Assembly: GCA_002633005.1 (NCBI GenBank)
Contig: NMRA01000290.1
Span: forward strand, 126,748 to 190,747
Reading direction: 5' to 3'
From: Phoronis australis
Lineage: Eukaryota > Animalia > Phoronida
Length of the DNA stretch: 64,000 nucleotides
The notes beneath the pieces were generated by a model. The model worked only from the letters and a program-made list of their open reading frames with translations, was not told the origin of the DNA and did no database searches. The stretch's first letter is position 1; the number at the start of each line of letters is the position of its first letter. A program made the position numbers and the translations under genes. Of this stretch, positions 14,501 to 39,490 are shown in pieces.

Positions 14501-17402
14501 AGCAGATTTGACTCTGATGACATTCTTCCAAGTGTCTCAGCTGGAGGTTGTATACAGGTTAAAGTATGGCGACCGAGAAGCGGTGAAGACCAAACAAGAA
14601 ACGGGCCACTTGGATAAAGTAGACGGAAAATACAATTTCTATATCCAGAAGGATTCCTTAGAAAACTACATGGAAATCAACAAACAGATTGCCAACCTGT
14701 TCTTTCCCAATTCAGACCAGTCTAAATTCTTTACTTTTCTGCTGGCTTTGCAAATGTTTCTTGTTGATAAACGCCCTCGTAAAAAGGAGGAATTTTGCCA
14801 TCTGCAGAAGCTGAAAGACATTCCGCCTGGTATGGAAACGTGGGGTGTACCGAAGCCCCTGCAATTGCACATTCCTTCTCGGCAGGTGTCTGAAGGTGAG
14901 GACTATTATATTTTCATTTGTACTTGTTAACAGGACAGCAATCTGGAAGACGAATTGCACTCAAACATAAATTCTTCCGTCTTTGAATAAATAAATTTGA
15001 ATCCATCGTATTCCAGTTTTGATTACATTTTTTTGCTATGAACAGGCCGCCATTCTATCAACCAGTTTAAGGCACTTGAATTTATTTTGAATTCCATTGT
15101 TACATCCAGGAACGTCCTGTCAGAGTCAAAAGGTCAATTTCCAAATGGGCATACAGCTAATGACCACCGGATATATATACACATGTCTGAACGTAATGGA
15201 GCAATTGACTGGTGTCACCTTCATCTTTTGGTAAATGCAGAAATATTAAGTATTAACTATACTTTGAGTGGTGAAGTTTCCTGGGTTCAAGTTGTTTTTT
15301 TTTTAGTGGCTGCTACTCCAAAAGTAACATCTGCCGACGATCTCCATTGGACTGAAGAGGACGAGAAGATGATGACCTCGAAGGCAGGCGAGAGTTCTGG
15401 CTTGAAATGTTGGCCTCCACCGCCCCCTAGTGGGATGATGGGATCAAGAAGTGAACAAGAACAGAACCAAGGTGTGTGTGAGCACTCTTATGTACTCATA
15501 TGGTTAACAATTATGATGGTAGTCACTTCTTAATGCATGTGTTTTTTTGAAATATATGTCAGAAACCTAATCTAAGAGGCATCTTGTTTGAGTGATTCAG
15601 ACCAACAGCTTGTGTTTCCAAATTCCCAATGGCCATGCCCCTGATTGCTCTTCAATGGTACCAAACAGATGAATTCTAAGCATTTGGTGATCACAATTGT
15701 TTTGTCATCCAGAGACCACCAGTGCTCTTCCAGAGCTTAAGGACAGACCCAAGGCTCCAACTGAAGAAAAGCACTTCATACGCCATAACAACGATCATGG
15801 AAACAATCCGAATAATAGCAAAGGTAAGCATCATCCAAGTTATTCCTATTTCAAGATATATTGTCAACTGGTGTAAAGGTCATTCTTTTTTCAAAATGCA
15901 TGTGCCCAGGCATACAGTTTTTTAAAAGGCTAGTTGGATGTTTAAAACAATCTATCAAGGTTGCAAAAAGTGATCAAATTCATCCCGATGTTATAACACT
16001 ATGGGGATGTATGAAAATGGTGCAGGCAGCTATTGTAAGGATTTTTTGAACTGCCAACTAAGTATATTCAGACTCTGTTTGATAGAAAACGCAATGTCTA
16101 ATATTTGAGAAACGCACAACCCATTGTCCCTATCTTCAAACTAAGAAAATTATAAATTTCACCATCAATGTCAGTGTCCATATTTTAAGGGGTTGTCCCA
16201 AACTGGAGAATACTGTAATTGCAAATAGTACTGCAATTACTGTTAACAATGTTAATTTAAAGTGAGTTCATAGGTATATATAGAGCCTGGAGATCATTTT
16301 TCAATCAACCCAATTAAAACGTTCAGAATCTATGATTGTCATGAACATGGAGACATAACTCTAGTTTTCACTTGTTGCTGTGACAATTATACCATATTAC
16401 ACTCATACAATATTAACTTTTCATTTCTTCTTCCTGAAGCAATGTATCATCTTTTTAATATTAATTATTTTTAAGGCCTGTTAGGACCATATATCTAATT
16501 ATATATATTTGTGTAACGAGGATATTTTAGCCGTGTTAAATAAACTTTTGTTATCTGTAAATGCCTCATTTGTAGAAGATCTCGACAAAAGACAAACAGG
16601 TGATCAAACAAACAAGATCGCCCCAACACAAGCCACCACCAACAGCAAACAGCAGGCTCCTGCAGCAGAAGTGTCTCCAAATGCACCAACAGATCACCAG
16701 CATCCAAAACCGCATACAGTTTCTCATCAGACTCCTCTACCAGTACTACCAAATGCACCAAACCCTATGCAGGTTGTAGAGCAGCCAACTGGACCCCATG
16801 GAAGGCCTCCACAGAATGCTCCACAGCCATACCTACCACATGGAAGTCCGCCACGGAATGTTCCAAACTCGGGAAGCAGTGCCATCATTACAGCTGATAG
16901 TATGTCACAGGCATGTTTTACACCAATGGCTCATGACTTACACATTGAAAAAATCCCTGATGTGGATTTGTCGTCGTGCAACTCCACCCATGTCAATGTT
17001 GTTTTAGTAGAAAATAGTGGCAAGTCAGAGGTCGGCCGGTGGGGGGAAATGTTTGTGTACAATTATCTCTTAGAACAGTATCGGGAAGAAATAAAACAAA
17101 ACTGCATTTTAGTTAAATGGCTGAATAAAGACAAGGAGATGGGTTTACCTTATGATCTAGAAGTCTGTACTAATGGTTCTGTGTTAAAGATTGAAGTGAA
17201 AAGCACGCTGTCTGAGAAAAAAGAGCTGTTCGAGATTTCATCCCGGGAGCTTCAAGAGGCTCACAAGTCAGGGGCAGCTTATTACATTTACCGGTTGTAC
17301 AATGCTGGCCAGATATACAATCAGCCAGTCAGACTGAAGATCATTGAGGACATACCTCGCAGGCTTGATGCTAAAGCAATCAAGCTGTTCATGAACTTAT
17401 AA
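2511..17402 (+). CDS. NO VEIN-like protein (sacsin-like region plus C-terminal DUF3883 nuclease-like domain), 5'-partial, 15 exons, ~1550 aa in window
   Basis: Phase-consistent GT-AG exons: 2511-2658, 4122-4244, 4499-4637, 5662-5774, 5979-6138, 6751-6987, 7427-7621, 8135-8334, 10590-10800, 11422-11573, 12189-13443, 14278-14895, 15307-15471, 15713-15823, 16576-17402 (TAA). Peptides WVTNIVLPLK, DIQPTLLLFLHRLKNI, QQVFAYLPLRSFGFSFIIQGDFEIPSSRQDL..WNQWL and GRWGEMFVY..WLN..GLPYDL..IEVKST..FEISSRE match NO VEIN-family motifs as I recall them. Confidence 0.88.
5525..5716 (+). repeat. ~95-bp tandem duplication of a splice acceptor plus exon start; upstream copy has a dead acceptor
   Basis: 5525-5621 matches 5620-5716; ttccAActgac in copy 1 versus ttccAGgtgac in copy 2. 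Confidence 0.9.
12189..13443 (+). CDS. Largest internal exon of the NO VEIN-like gene
   Basis: Accounts for the 441-aa ORF; acceptor tctttcAG ends at 12188 and donor GTAAGT starts at 13444. Confidence 0.85.
16576..17402 (+). CDS. Terminal exon of the NO VEIN-like gene: Pro/Gln-rich linker plus DUF3883 (NOV_C) domain
   Basis: Acceptor tgtAG ends at 16575; encodes GRWGE, PYDL, IEVKST and ISSRE motifs, then the stop at 17400-17402. Confidence 0.85.
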
Positions 17403-17689
17403 AATATTAGCTTAGAAATCTGAAGCTTGCACAACATGTATTAGTCAGATATGCAATCAGCCAGTCCGACTTAAGGTATTTGAGAACTTCCTGTAAGCTT
17501 GATGCTTAATGTGTTATACTGAACTTGAATGTAGGCTTGGTGTATTATGCTTGCACTTTTTTTGATCGTGTCGTGCTGTATGTGGTGTGTGGCTTTCTTC
17601 TTTATTGGTTCATTCACCATTCACAAGTTTCATTGTATTTCTGCGCCTACATGATGGTATGTGGTTGCATGTTGCTGTCATCTTTGTCT

Positions 17690-18960
17690 ACATGGATATC
17701 CAAACCACTTGAAAGATCTTCATGAAATTTGATGGGTGTCGTGGAATATTATGCCTTCACCAAATGTTGGTCGGACGCGACTAACTGATGTGCCATACTT
17801 TATGGCAGTTTTAAGTTTTTACGTTTTACATCTATATCTATACCAAAATAAAGTTTTTTGCAGGATATTCATGTTTGTCAGATGTGTTCCCATCAGGGAG
17901 GCCACGCCCATATATTTTTTGCCCAATTAAGCTGACAACTGCTTCACCCCGTGGTGGTAATTTTAGTAATATGTTCCAGTTTTGGCCTCCACCAGTCTCT
18001 ATCTGCCAAATGGTTTGAAAGCATCCTCGTGAAATTTGATGGATTGACAAGATGGCTCACGCTGGTTGTCGGACAAATATAAACATAGTGTATATACTGT
18101 ATAGTGGCAATTTTACTTGATGTGCCTGCTCATATTTTACCAAGTTGGTGAAGGATCATTGCTAAAATTGTGACGTTTCTCTGACTTGAACATACAGTTT
18201 GTGTTGATTGTCATCTATGTGTACTGCTTGTAGTGCCTCCTGGTGACAGTTTATTTTTGTGCCTGCTTCCAAGTATCTACTGAATTCAGTTGTGGAGCAT
18301 CGTGAAATTTGACATTTGTTTTTAGTGAGATCATTGCCGACATTGATTTTCAGAGGTCCCCATCTACTGCTGTGCCCCTAGTGGCAGTTTTATTTATTTG
18401 CCTGCTTCAAAGTGTACCAAGTACAGTAATTAAGTCATCATAATATAGTTTTCAGTGAAGAGGACATGGCTTAATTGTTGATTTTTGGGACAAAACTACT
18501 GCTGTGCACCTAGAGGCAGTTTTTGCCCCTGCCTTAATATCTACCAGTTGTCGTGGAATTTGGTATGTGCTCATTTGCAGATGAATTCCACTATTCTTGT
18601 GGTTCTTATTTCCGCCCTTTTATTTCTGCCTCAGAAACCATACAAGTCCCTTATGGACATTCTTAAAATGTACCGACAGAAAATGATCAACTGTCCATTT
18701 TCTCATGCCTGCGACATGTTTTGCATCTCTTAGTACCAATTTTAGTGTTTTGGTTTTATTTTGGCAAACAATTTGAAGTATTGTTACAACATATTACGAA
18801 TCTTCAGATTGACAGAAATCTGATTGATGTTGATTTTTGGACATTGCCTGGGTGTTGACTACTCCTACATCCCCAAGGGGCAATTTTATTGTATTTGCTT
18901 CAGTGTCAGGCAAGTTTGGTGAAGGGTCTTCATGAAATTTGCCAGATCTGGTTTTATGCA
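17690..18960 (+). repeat. Array of degenerate repeat units from a dispersed family, downstream of the NO VEIN-like stop
   Basis: Motifs (g)tgcc(c)ctagtggcagtttt(a)tt and cttc(a/g)tgaaattt recur several times; the same motifs occur at ~2090-2240 (+) and ~56500-56710 (-). Confidence 0.55.
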
Positions 18961-21900
18961 GACCATCATTTTCCTATTTATGGACATTTCTGGCTTGTGC
19001 TATTTGTTAATTTATGGCAGTAGGTAAAAATATGCATAATGTATTTTATGTTCCTATTTACTTAAAGCTTCTCTGCACACTTGCTTTTGATCAGCACGTC
19101 TATACATGTGTTTCCAGCATAACTGTGAGTCTTTTTTGCACTTGTATTTAATCGTGTAATCGTAATCAGATTAATTTACAATTAGAATATATGATTTTTT
19201 CACGTGGATTATGGCATTGCAAGTACTAAACCAACAGATTTTATCTATAACTATTACACAGCCTACTGCTAGTAAAGCTGTAATAGCCACACTGTTGTTT
19301 TGTAATTATTTTATCCATGTCATATCTTTTGGTGTTTTAAGCTGCACTGTATTTATGCTCTGTTTTGTTAGACCTTTTGAATTTTTAACTTAGATGTAAA
19401 ATTATGCCCTTATGTGTGCAATTTTTGTTGTTATGTAGAGCTTTTGAATATGATCACAATGTAGGATTTTTCATTGTGGTTTTTATTTTATCAGAGCACT
19501 TGAACATTTAACCACAATGTAATACTATATTTCTACCGTTTTTAAGATCAGCATAATACTAACTTGCGGATTTCAGAAATCTTCAGTTTTGTAGCGATGA
19601 TCTCATTTGTGACATATTTGCACTAGATAATCTCAAAAAGTTGTGATCGGATGTTTTTAATTTCACTAGCCTTGAATTGAAACTTTAAAATGGACTGCTT
19701 ATCTGCACAGAATGAATTTTATTGACTGTCAAATGCACAGTGAGCTGATCTATATGTTCTTTCATCAAAAAGTGTGCACAGACTTTCATTGAAACTAAAG
19801 CAGTAGACACCCTCGACATAAAACATTTTCATCATGCTGATGACAGTTTGATGTTGAATTCCAGTGTTACTTTGCTCATCATACAAACTTTTATTCCATT
19901 AGTAATCATTTTCAAATTATTTGCCCTAAAAACATTGCAAGCAATTATGAAACTGTTTTGTTGCACACTCACTGCTGGTAATTTTCAGTTCAAAATTTGG
20001 GCACCTTATTACTAGGTTCATTCGGCTTAAATGCCGAGCCATTGTTAGTCACAGTCTGTACTGAGCTTAGCTGGACAGGGTGATTGGTTTCTTGGGAAAT
20101 AAATGTTTGCCACACTTTTAGGATAAAGTGGTCAGCAGCACACATCAACTCAATTACAGGACTAAGGTGTAAAGTAAGCACATATTGTCTTTGTGCTTGA
20201 ACCTTGATCCATATCTTTGTCAATTAAGTGCGTGCTTTTGAGCTCCGTTTCACTGACTCAGTAAAAAGCAAACATTGAATTGGAACCAGTAGAATTTCAT
20301 ATTTTTTTACTCAATACTTATCGGATTTAACTATATGCCACCAGAACCTTCCATGTACCAAAGATTAAAATTTTGCACAAAACGTTTACACACGAAACTG
20401 AACATAATACTGATCATGACCTCCCAACATATTTTGGTAGCAAAGTCTTGACTACTTCATAGCAAGGTAATGGCACTTATGGACTTTCCACATTTTATAA
20501 TTGGGCTTTGCAATTTGAAATGAAATATCACATCCCTTTTTAAAGCTGCTTCTACGATTTCTGTTTTTCTCTTTAAACACCCAAAAAAGTTTCTGCTGTA
20601 CCTTTTCTACTAATTCTATGGCACAGTAAAATCTTACGAATTTAAGACACAATATGACAGAATGTGAAATTTTAGTTTTTCAGCAAACATTTTCCCAAGT
20701 TACATGATCTTTACCATAGCTACCCTCTGACCAAATTTGGCAATTATTTGTGTCCAAAATGGGCAAGATTTACTGTACCTGTGAGTCTTGGGACAAGTTA
20801 CAATCATAATAAAACCCAAGACATGGCATTGTTCAATTGGAGAACTTGAACATGTTTAACCACAATGTAGGATTGTGCTGTTACATGGTTTTATTTCATA
20901 GGTTCTAGTATATGGACAGTTAACCACAATGCAAGATTGTTTTCGTTTCCACTTTCGATTTTTGATGAAGCAGGTTGTATGTGGGTATGATTTCATCTGC
21001 GAGCCTCTCTGTATATGTGCAAAGTAACCCGACTTAAAACCTCGATAATTATCACAACTACCCTTTGAAGCACTGCGCCTTCGATTCATGTTAACATGTG
21101 GCCGAAACATTTTTGATTTTTAATACAGCCTATCAGTATTCCTGATTACGCAATAAAACCATGGACCTAACAGAGTTCAGTCATTACTTCAATTGACAGA
21201 TTCACCACCGCTAACTTAAACTTGGGACTTTGGCTTGACCTGATTAGCTTTGTATGAGGCTTGAACAATAAAACTCATTGTTTATCCAATCACAAAGAAT
21301 TATATTGAGTGGCAAATACACTGGCGTCTTGTTATTACATAAACATTATACATAATGAAATAACACTTTGACCGACCACTTAGAACACAATTCATTTGAA
21401 ACCAAAACAGTATGCACCTAGTACTTAAAGTCAAAATAAACTGTGTAGCGGTGACAAAAAATGCCAACTTCCTTCACAGGTCTATTTGCTCTTCCAAAGC
21501 AATGACATAATGTTCTTATCAGTTGCTTGAACTGAAATTGATTATGAAAAATTGCCTAGAATTCCCGTCAGCTATGTTGCCTTGATGACTAAAACTAACT
21601 ACTAACTTGCCCCGACTGGCAACGTAACAAATCTGAAGTAATGACGACCTGTCCGTTCTTCTGAAGTCTAGATAGCATTTCTAATGTGTGTAAGGAATTA
21701 GACGAGACCAACTTATTAACTTCAAGAGGCATAAACCAAAAGTCGTGAATTACATCGTACACTTTTTACAAGTGATACAAGCTTGATTTACACAGTACTG
21801 TAAGGCTGATTTCCTATTCACTTAAAACGCATCATTATGTAAAAGTTGTTTGAAATTTTAATGTGAAAACAAGACAACCAACCCTTGCTGGGATTAAGAA

Positions 21901-22888
21901 TGACCTTCATACTGCTCTCGGAAATGAAACTGACTTTTAAGTGAACACATTTCTGACAACACATAGCACCTAGAGCTTGATTATAAGCAAAATGACACAA
22001 CCAATCAAATGGAAGAGAAGTTATATGGAAGAGTGGTGAAATGGCCAATTACAGAAGAAAAAAAGGATACGTAAATCGGTTTCATGTCACCATGTATTCT
22101 GTGAACAAAGCTGCTCATTCACTCAATCAGCAGCACAGCTCTGTTGCCTTGAAACTATGATAGTTTGCTGTGTTTGAGTATACTTGTTTATTCAGTTGAG
22201 TGTACATTGCTTTATTGTCTTGATAATGCTTTGGCGATTAAAGTGAAATGTTGACCATGAAAATCTACATAGTTTCGCTGATTTTAAAATTCACACTGTC
22301 ACCAAGAGGCCTGTTTATTAGGAAATCTGATCTAAGGTCCTATTGTGTGTAGTGAGCAATTACCGAATTAGCCATGGCTTCACTGCAATAAAACACTGGC
22401 TAAAATAAACTGAGACATCCTAGACCACAATTGGAGATTAACTGTTTGGCTTCTAAAATCGAATTCCTCGTAAAAAGTCGGGAGCATTTTTACTTGAAAA
22501 AGTACGAAAAAAATTAGCCAAAATAAATGCACTTGACTTCGGTTCCCTAAAAACAGTCGATTGATTTTACTCCGTGAATAACTATGGTAAATAATTGGCC
22601 AGCAAGTGGTGATGCTGGACAAAAGAGCATGGGAACACTTTACAATGGAGTAGATTGATAACTGAATTGAGCCTTAGTTGAGAAACCAGTCGCCTGAAGA
22701 TGAAACCAAACAAGAAGGTTTTGTAATGATGATGGAAAGTGCATATTATGACAGCATGTGAGTAAAGCAAGACATATTAGTGATTCACAATGGATCTGAG
22801 GTGAACCCAAGCTGCACGTATTTCTACATTGCCTGATTGCACTTCCTGTTTATACAAAAGCCAATATAGTCAAACGCGTGTAATATGC

Positions 22889-35449
<12,561 letters not shown>

Positions 35450-37175
35450 GTTTCTAGGTCATCACCTGCGAACGAAAATGCAAAGATATCGGCAAAGATG
35501 GTTGAAGAAGTTACTGACTATGAGTTAAAAAATAAGTCAGCAGTTTTGATTGCCAGACAAGTCAGGCTACAAATTTTGAATTGAACTACTTGCTGCAATA
35601 AAATTGGTCTTAACAAGTTACTTCCAGGTTACAAATCAATTCCGAAAATCACAATGAACCTCAGTATTTATTTTTTTATGGCTGAACACAAGTCAATCAC
35701 CAGGTGCTAGTAGATACTAGTGCACATTGACTTGCAGGGGTCACGCACTTTTAGAATTTTTTTTTTTCACTGAATAATGGGCATCAAACTGGTTCTCAAA
35801 ATACGGGCAGGCCCCTGCCCCTGTAACTGACTATTGCCCTTCCATGCCCTACATCACAAGCGACAGTGAATATGCATACAAAGTTGAGAACCAAAAAAAG
35901 GTTTGCAGTCTTGACATTGTGGTGGTAAAGTAATCCCACCACTACACCATGGAGACATGTTTGGAGGACTATCTTAAAGGGACACTATCGGTTTTAGGGC
36001 CAAAAAATGCATTTTTGATACATTTTTAAGGTTTGTCTTCTAGTAACCATCTTGATGAAAACAAGGCCAATGCCTTTACCATTTAAATACACTTAAAAAT
36101 ATTGCTGTTTAACACGTGGGATTTGGACAAGTAGCAGAGCATACATATGCTATTGTAAAGCTAGTGGATTAGTTAGTTTTCTCGCCAAGAAAGTCCATGT
36201 AATGAAATATCTAGTAACAGAACTCAATCTGAGGTCCACACTGTTCATAGCGTAAATCACATTTATGGTTAACATTAAAGCAACAAAGCAGCATGGTGTT
36301 AATATAAAAATATAACCTTCTCCTGAGGCATATTTGCTGCTTCCAAGCTTTCCACATTCTTACATGTTGTCAGAACTGAAACCGTTGACATGAAACTATC
36401 AAGCTAAAGCAAAACATGCCAAACTTTCTCTAGAAGTTAGCTGCTTAGTGGATCACAGTCCTTTGTTTCCAACCAAATGGGGCTGCATAGTGTGGCAGCC
36501 TTTGCCATAGATCAATATTAATAATTTAGAAATTGTCGGAAATGATCAAGGAAAAAGTTTTCATCAGTGACTGAGTCAATACTGAATGATTTGAGTGCAT
36601 GTTTACTCAATACGATATGTAATTGCCTTGGCCAGCACTAGTAGCAGTCTCTGACTTGGAAAACGAGTTTCATTCACTGAATAACAGGCTCATTATTCAG
36701 TGACTGTCTATAAGTTCCTAAAACCAGGAACCACTATAATGTACTAGGACCTGATTCTCTAAACTGATAGCTGCCAAGTGGAACGTAGCACTTCGTTTCC
36801 AACCAAACCAAAATGGGGCTGCAGTTTTCAGGAAAATCACAATCAAGGTCCATATTCGATGGCCACTTTTGGTGAAAAATGAAGGTTAATTGTCATATAA
36901 CTGTAAAAGCTAGGTTATTTTAAAGTACCATCATTCCAGGTGTGTTATCTAAAATATTTTTGCACAAGAACCTGTGAATAAAATTTTATGGCCTGATGCA
37001 TCACAGTTGTATAAAAGGGTATGTACACTACAACTTATGGTCACAGCCCACTTCTATCATGCAAAAATTCATGAGGTAGTTGTTAATTTAATATCTTATT
37101 GACCAAAATTGTAGAAATATCACATACTAAAGTAACAAAAATTATTACCGTGCTGCTCAAGTTAATCTAGGTGAT

Positions 37176-37288
37176 GATGCATTGCATATCTTATCACATT
37201 ATAAGGAGAACTTCTTTCACTTGCAATATGATGCATTGCAAATCTTATCACATTATAAGGAGAACTTCTTTCACTTGCAATATGATGC
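37176..37288. repeat. 51-bp tandem duplication
   Basis: tgatgcattgca(t/a)atcttatcacattataaggagaacttctttcacttgcaata occurs twice. Confidence 0.9.
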
Positions 37289-38926
37289 TTACAAAAAGAA
37301 AACGACAAGTAAATACTTTTTTCAAAAACTTTACTGGTGCTGTTTATCTAGTTTTAATACATTCACCAGCTGGTCAAAATAGTTTAAGCAATGCTAGGTC
37401 CAGTGTTCAACTTGTAAACAGTAAAAATGGTACTGGTTGGGGGGTACGTACACTACGTAATTACGCACAGTCAATCAACATCAAATTTTGACTCAATTAC
37501 AAAATAATTAATGTATGGATGGGCTTGAGTTTTGTGCTGCCACTACTGATTGGTTGTCTTGAGAAATGGAGAACCTGCCCCTGCAACATCAGTTTTCACA
37601 TGACATGTCTTCTAGGATGGTACTGGCCAAGTCCTGTGTGGCATTCTATTGCCCACTAATTTGATAGTGTCCATTGTTTTTTGTCAGACTGGATGCATTT
37701 TGGAAACATCGGTATTGTTCTTGAGAACAGCAGTATGTAAAAATACTTGTGAGCCATACTTTACAGCACAGAGGTTGAAGGTCTGTACACTACACAGGGG
37801 AAGAAACTGTCTGTGACAAATGTTGCTATAATATTTTTGTTTCATATTTGTTAACATCAGGGTACGTACAGTACACAGGGGTACGTACACTACATTTCAA
37901 TGACATGTCAGGTTTGTAACTAAATACTAAGAATCTATTCAAAGAGAAAAAATAAAAAACACAGCATTCACATGCATATCTGTCATTATTTAAAAATAGG
38001 CACAAATTAAAATATAGGGGTACGTACACTACACAAATGCTAATATTTCACTCAAAACAAATGTATTTGTAATGAACACCTTTTTAACTTATCACTTTTA
38101 AGGAAGGAAACTGTCTGTGACCAATGTTCCTCACTTATCAAGTAATATTTTAATTTCATGGCATTTGTAAAGATGGGGGTATGTACACTACAAGAGGGGG
38201 TACATACACTACATCACTGTTTCTGCATCACATGGTAACATAATGTTGTATGGCCATTTATTTTTCTTTGATGATAATAAGGTGAAGAATTCCAACTCCA
38301 CTTTTTTGGTCGCCGTTAATTTTTTCACTGTGCATGATAATCACGAAGTCACACGCGTTAGGCAACTAGTGCGAGACTGAGTGAAAGCACGTGACCTGGT
38401 GTGTGACACTTGAAAAAAGTAGCATGTGAAGACACCCAGTGGAATTTGCAAGATTTGTGTCCCTTGGACCTTTTGTACCTCAACAAGCCTGATTTCGCGT
38501 AACTTCTGCCCGTGGCAGGTGGTATGAAGTCATATCCCCTGGCGTTCGCAGAGTAAAATTATGGCCAGTTACCGATTTTGGGAACTGAATGAGGGACTGC
38601 TCAAAGACAACATTTGATAACGAGAGTATTTCTTCGAGCTGTAAGGAATTAAATACGTGGCATAAGAAGCTCCTATAGGAGCTCCACCGTCTCTACTGAG
38701 CAAGCTAGAGACGGTGATCAATGTCTAACTAGCCAGCCAGCTAGCTGTATGAAGACTGTCGTCAAAATACAGCTAGGTATCACTGTGTGTATTTCTTCCG
38801 TAGACCCCGAAATTGCTCGCAGCCAGGGTAGCTCTGCTCGTCACCGCGCCGTGAAACTTGTATCAAAATGTAAAGCTAAAGACCGGACGGGGTGCTTGCA
38901 AAATCTGGGAATCAACCGATACTCAC

Positions 38927-39050
38927 CTTGCCCGTTACAGCCGTTTAAGTGAAAAACAATGCATTATAAACGTCATGTTCTTTCGTAACTCTCCACTTTT
39001 CTAACAATGAAAAGTATATGTCGTCGTTTCGAAAAAAATATGCTCGTGTC
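38927..39050 (-). other. BECN1: Putative non-coding first exon of BECN1
   Basis: Strong donor AAG|GTGAGT at 38927/38926 next to a CpG-rich region; the ATG-containing exon has its own acceptor at 35466-35467, so an upstream exon is required. The 5' limit is a guess. Confidence 0.6.
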
Positions 39051-39490
39051 ACGCGCATGCGCCATATCCTAAAAAATTTTCGCGACAACTTCGGAGAAGC
39101 AAAATTTGTTCTGAAATTCGGTTTTTCGGTATCAGAATTCTAAAAAATTATAATGAAGTGAAACCAGTTCCAATAATTTGTTGTGACGTGTGCGCAAGCT
39201 CGTGAAAGAACAGCAGTTGATTGAAGAATCGGCGAAAAAAGAAACTGGCCTATAGGTGACGCAATATTTCATGGCGCCGAAAGCCGTTGCTAAAGATCGC
39301 TCCACAACTTTAGCAGCAGAATAACGGTAGAACGCCATTTTTTCCAACACTGTTAAATAATTTTGTTTACTCAAGGAAGACTGTAGTTTTTAATGACACT
39401 AATTTTGTGTCCGATTTTATCTTACCACTTTTTTACCCACATCGGTACAAAGCTGTATATTATACAGCTTTGTACCAAGGCTAATGTCTA
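38940..39490. promoter_or_regulatory. Putative bidirectional promoter between BECN1 (-) and the MARVEL gene (+)
   Basis: CpG-enriched; NRF1-type palindrome GCGCATGCGC at 39053-39062; YY1-like ATGGCG cores at ~39060-39065 (-) and ~39271 (+); CRE-like TGACG at ~39184 and ~39257; flanked by oppositely oriented AAG|GTGAGT donors. Confidence 0.65.

Noticed and set aside
12192-17402. Three separate genes for the 441-, 212- and 297-aa ORFs
   Set aside because: They are exons of one gene, joined by phase-compatible GT-AG introns.
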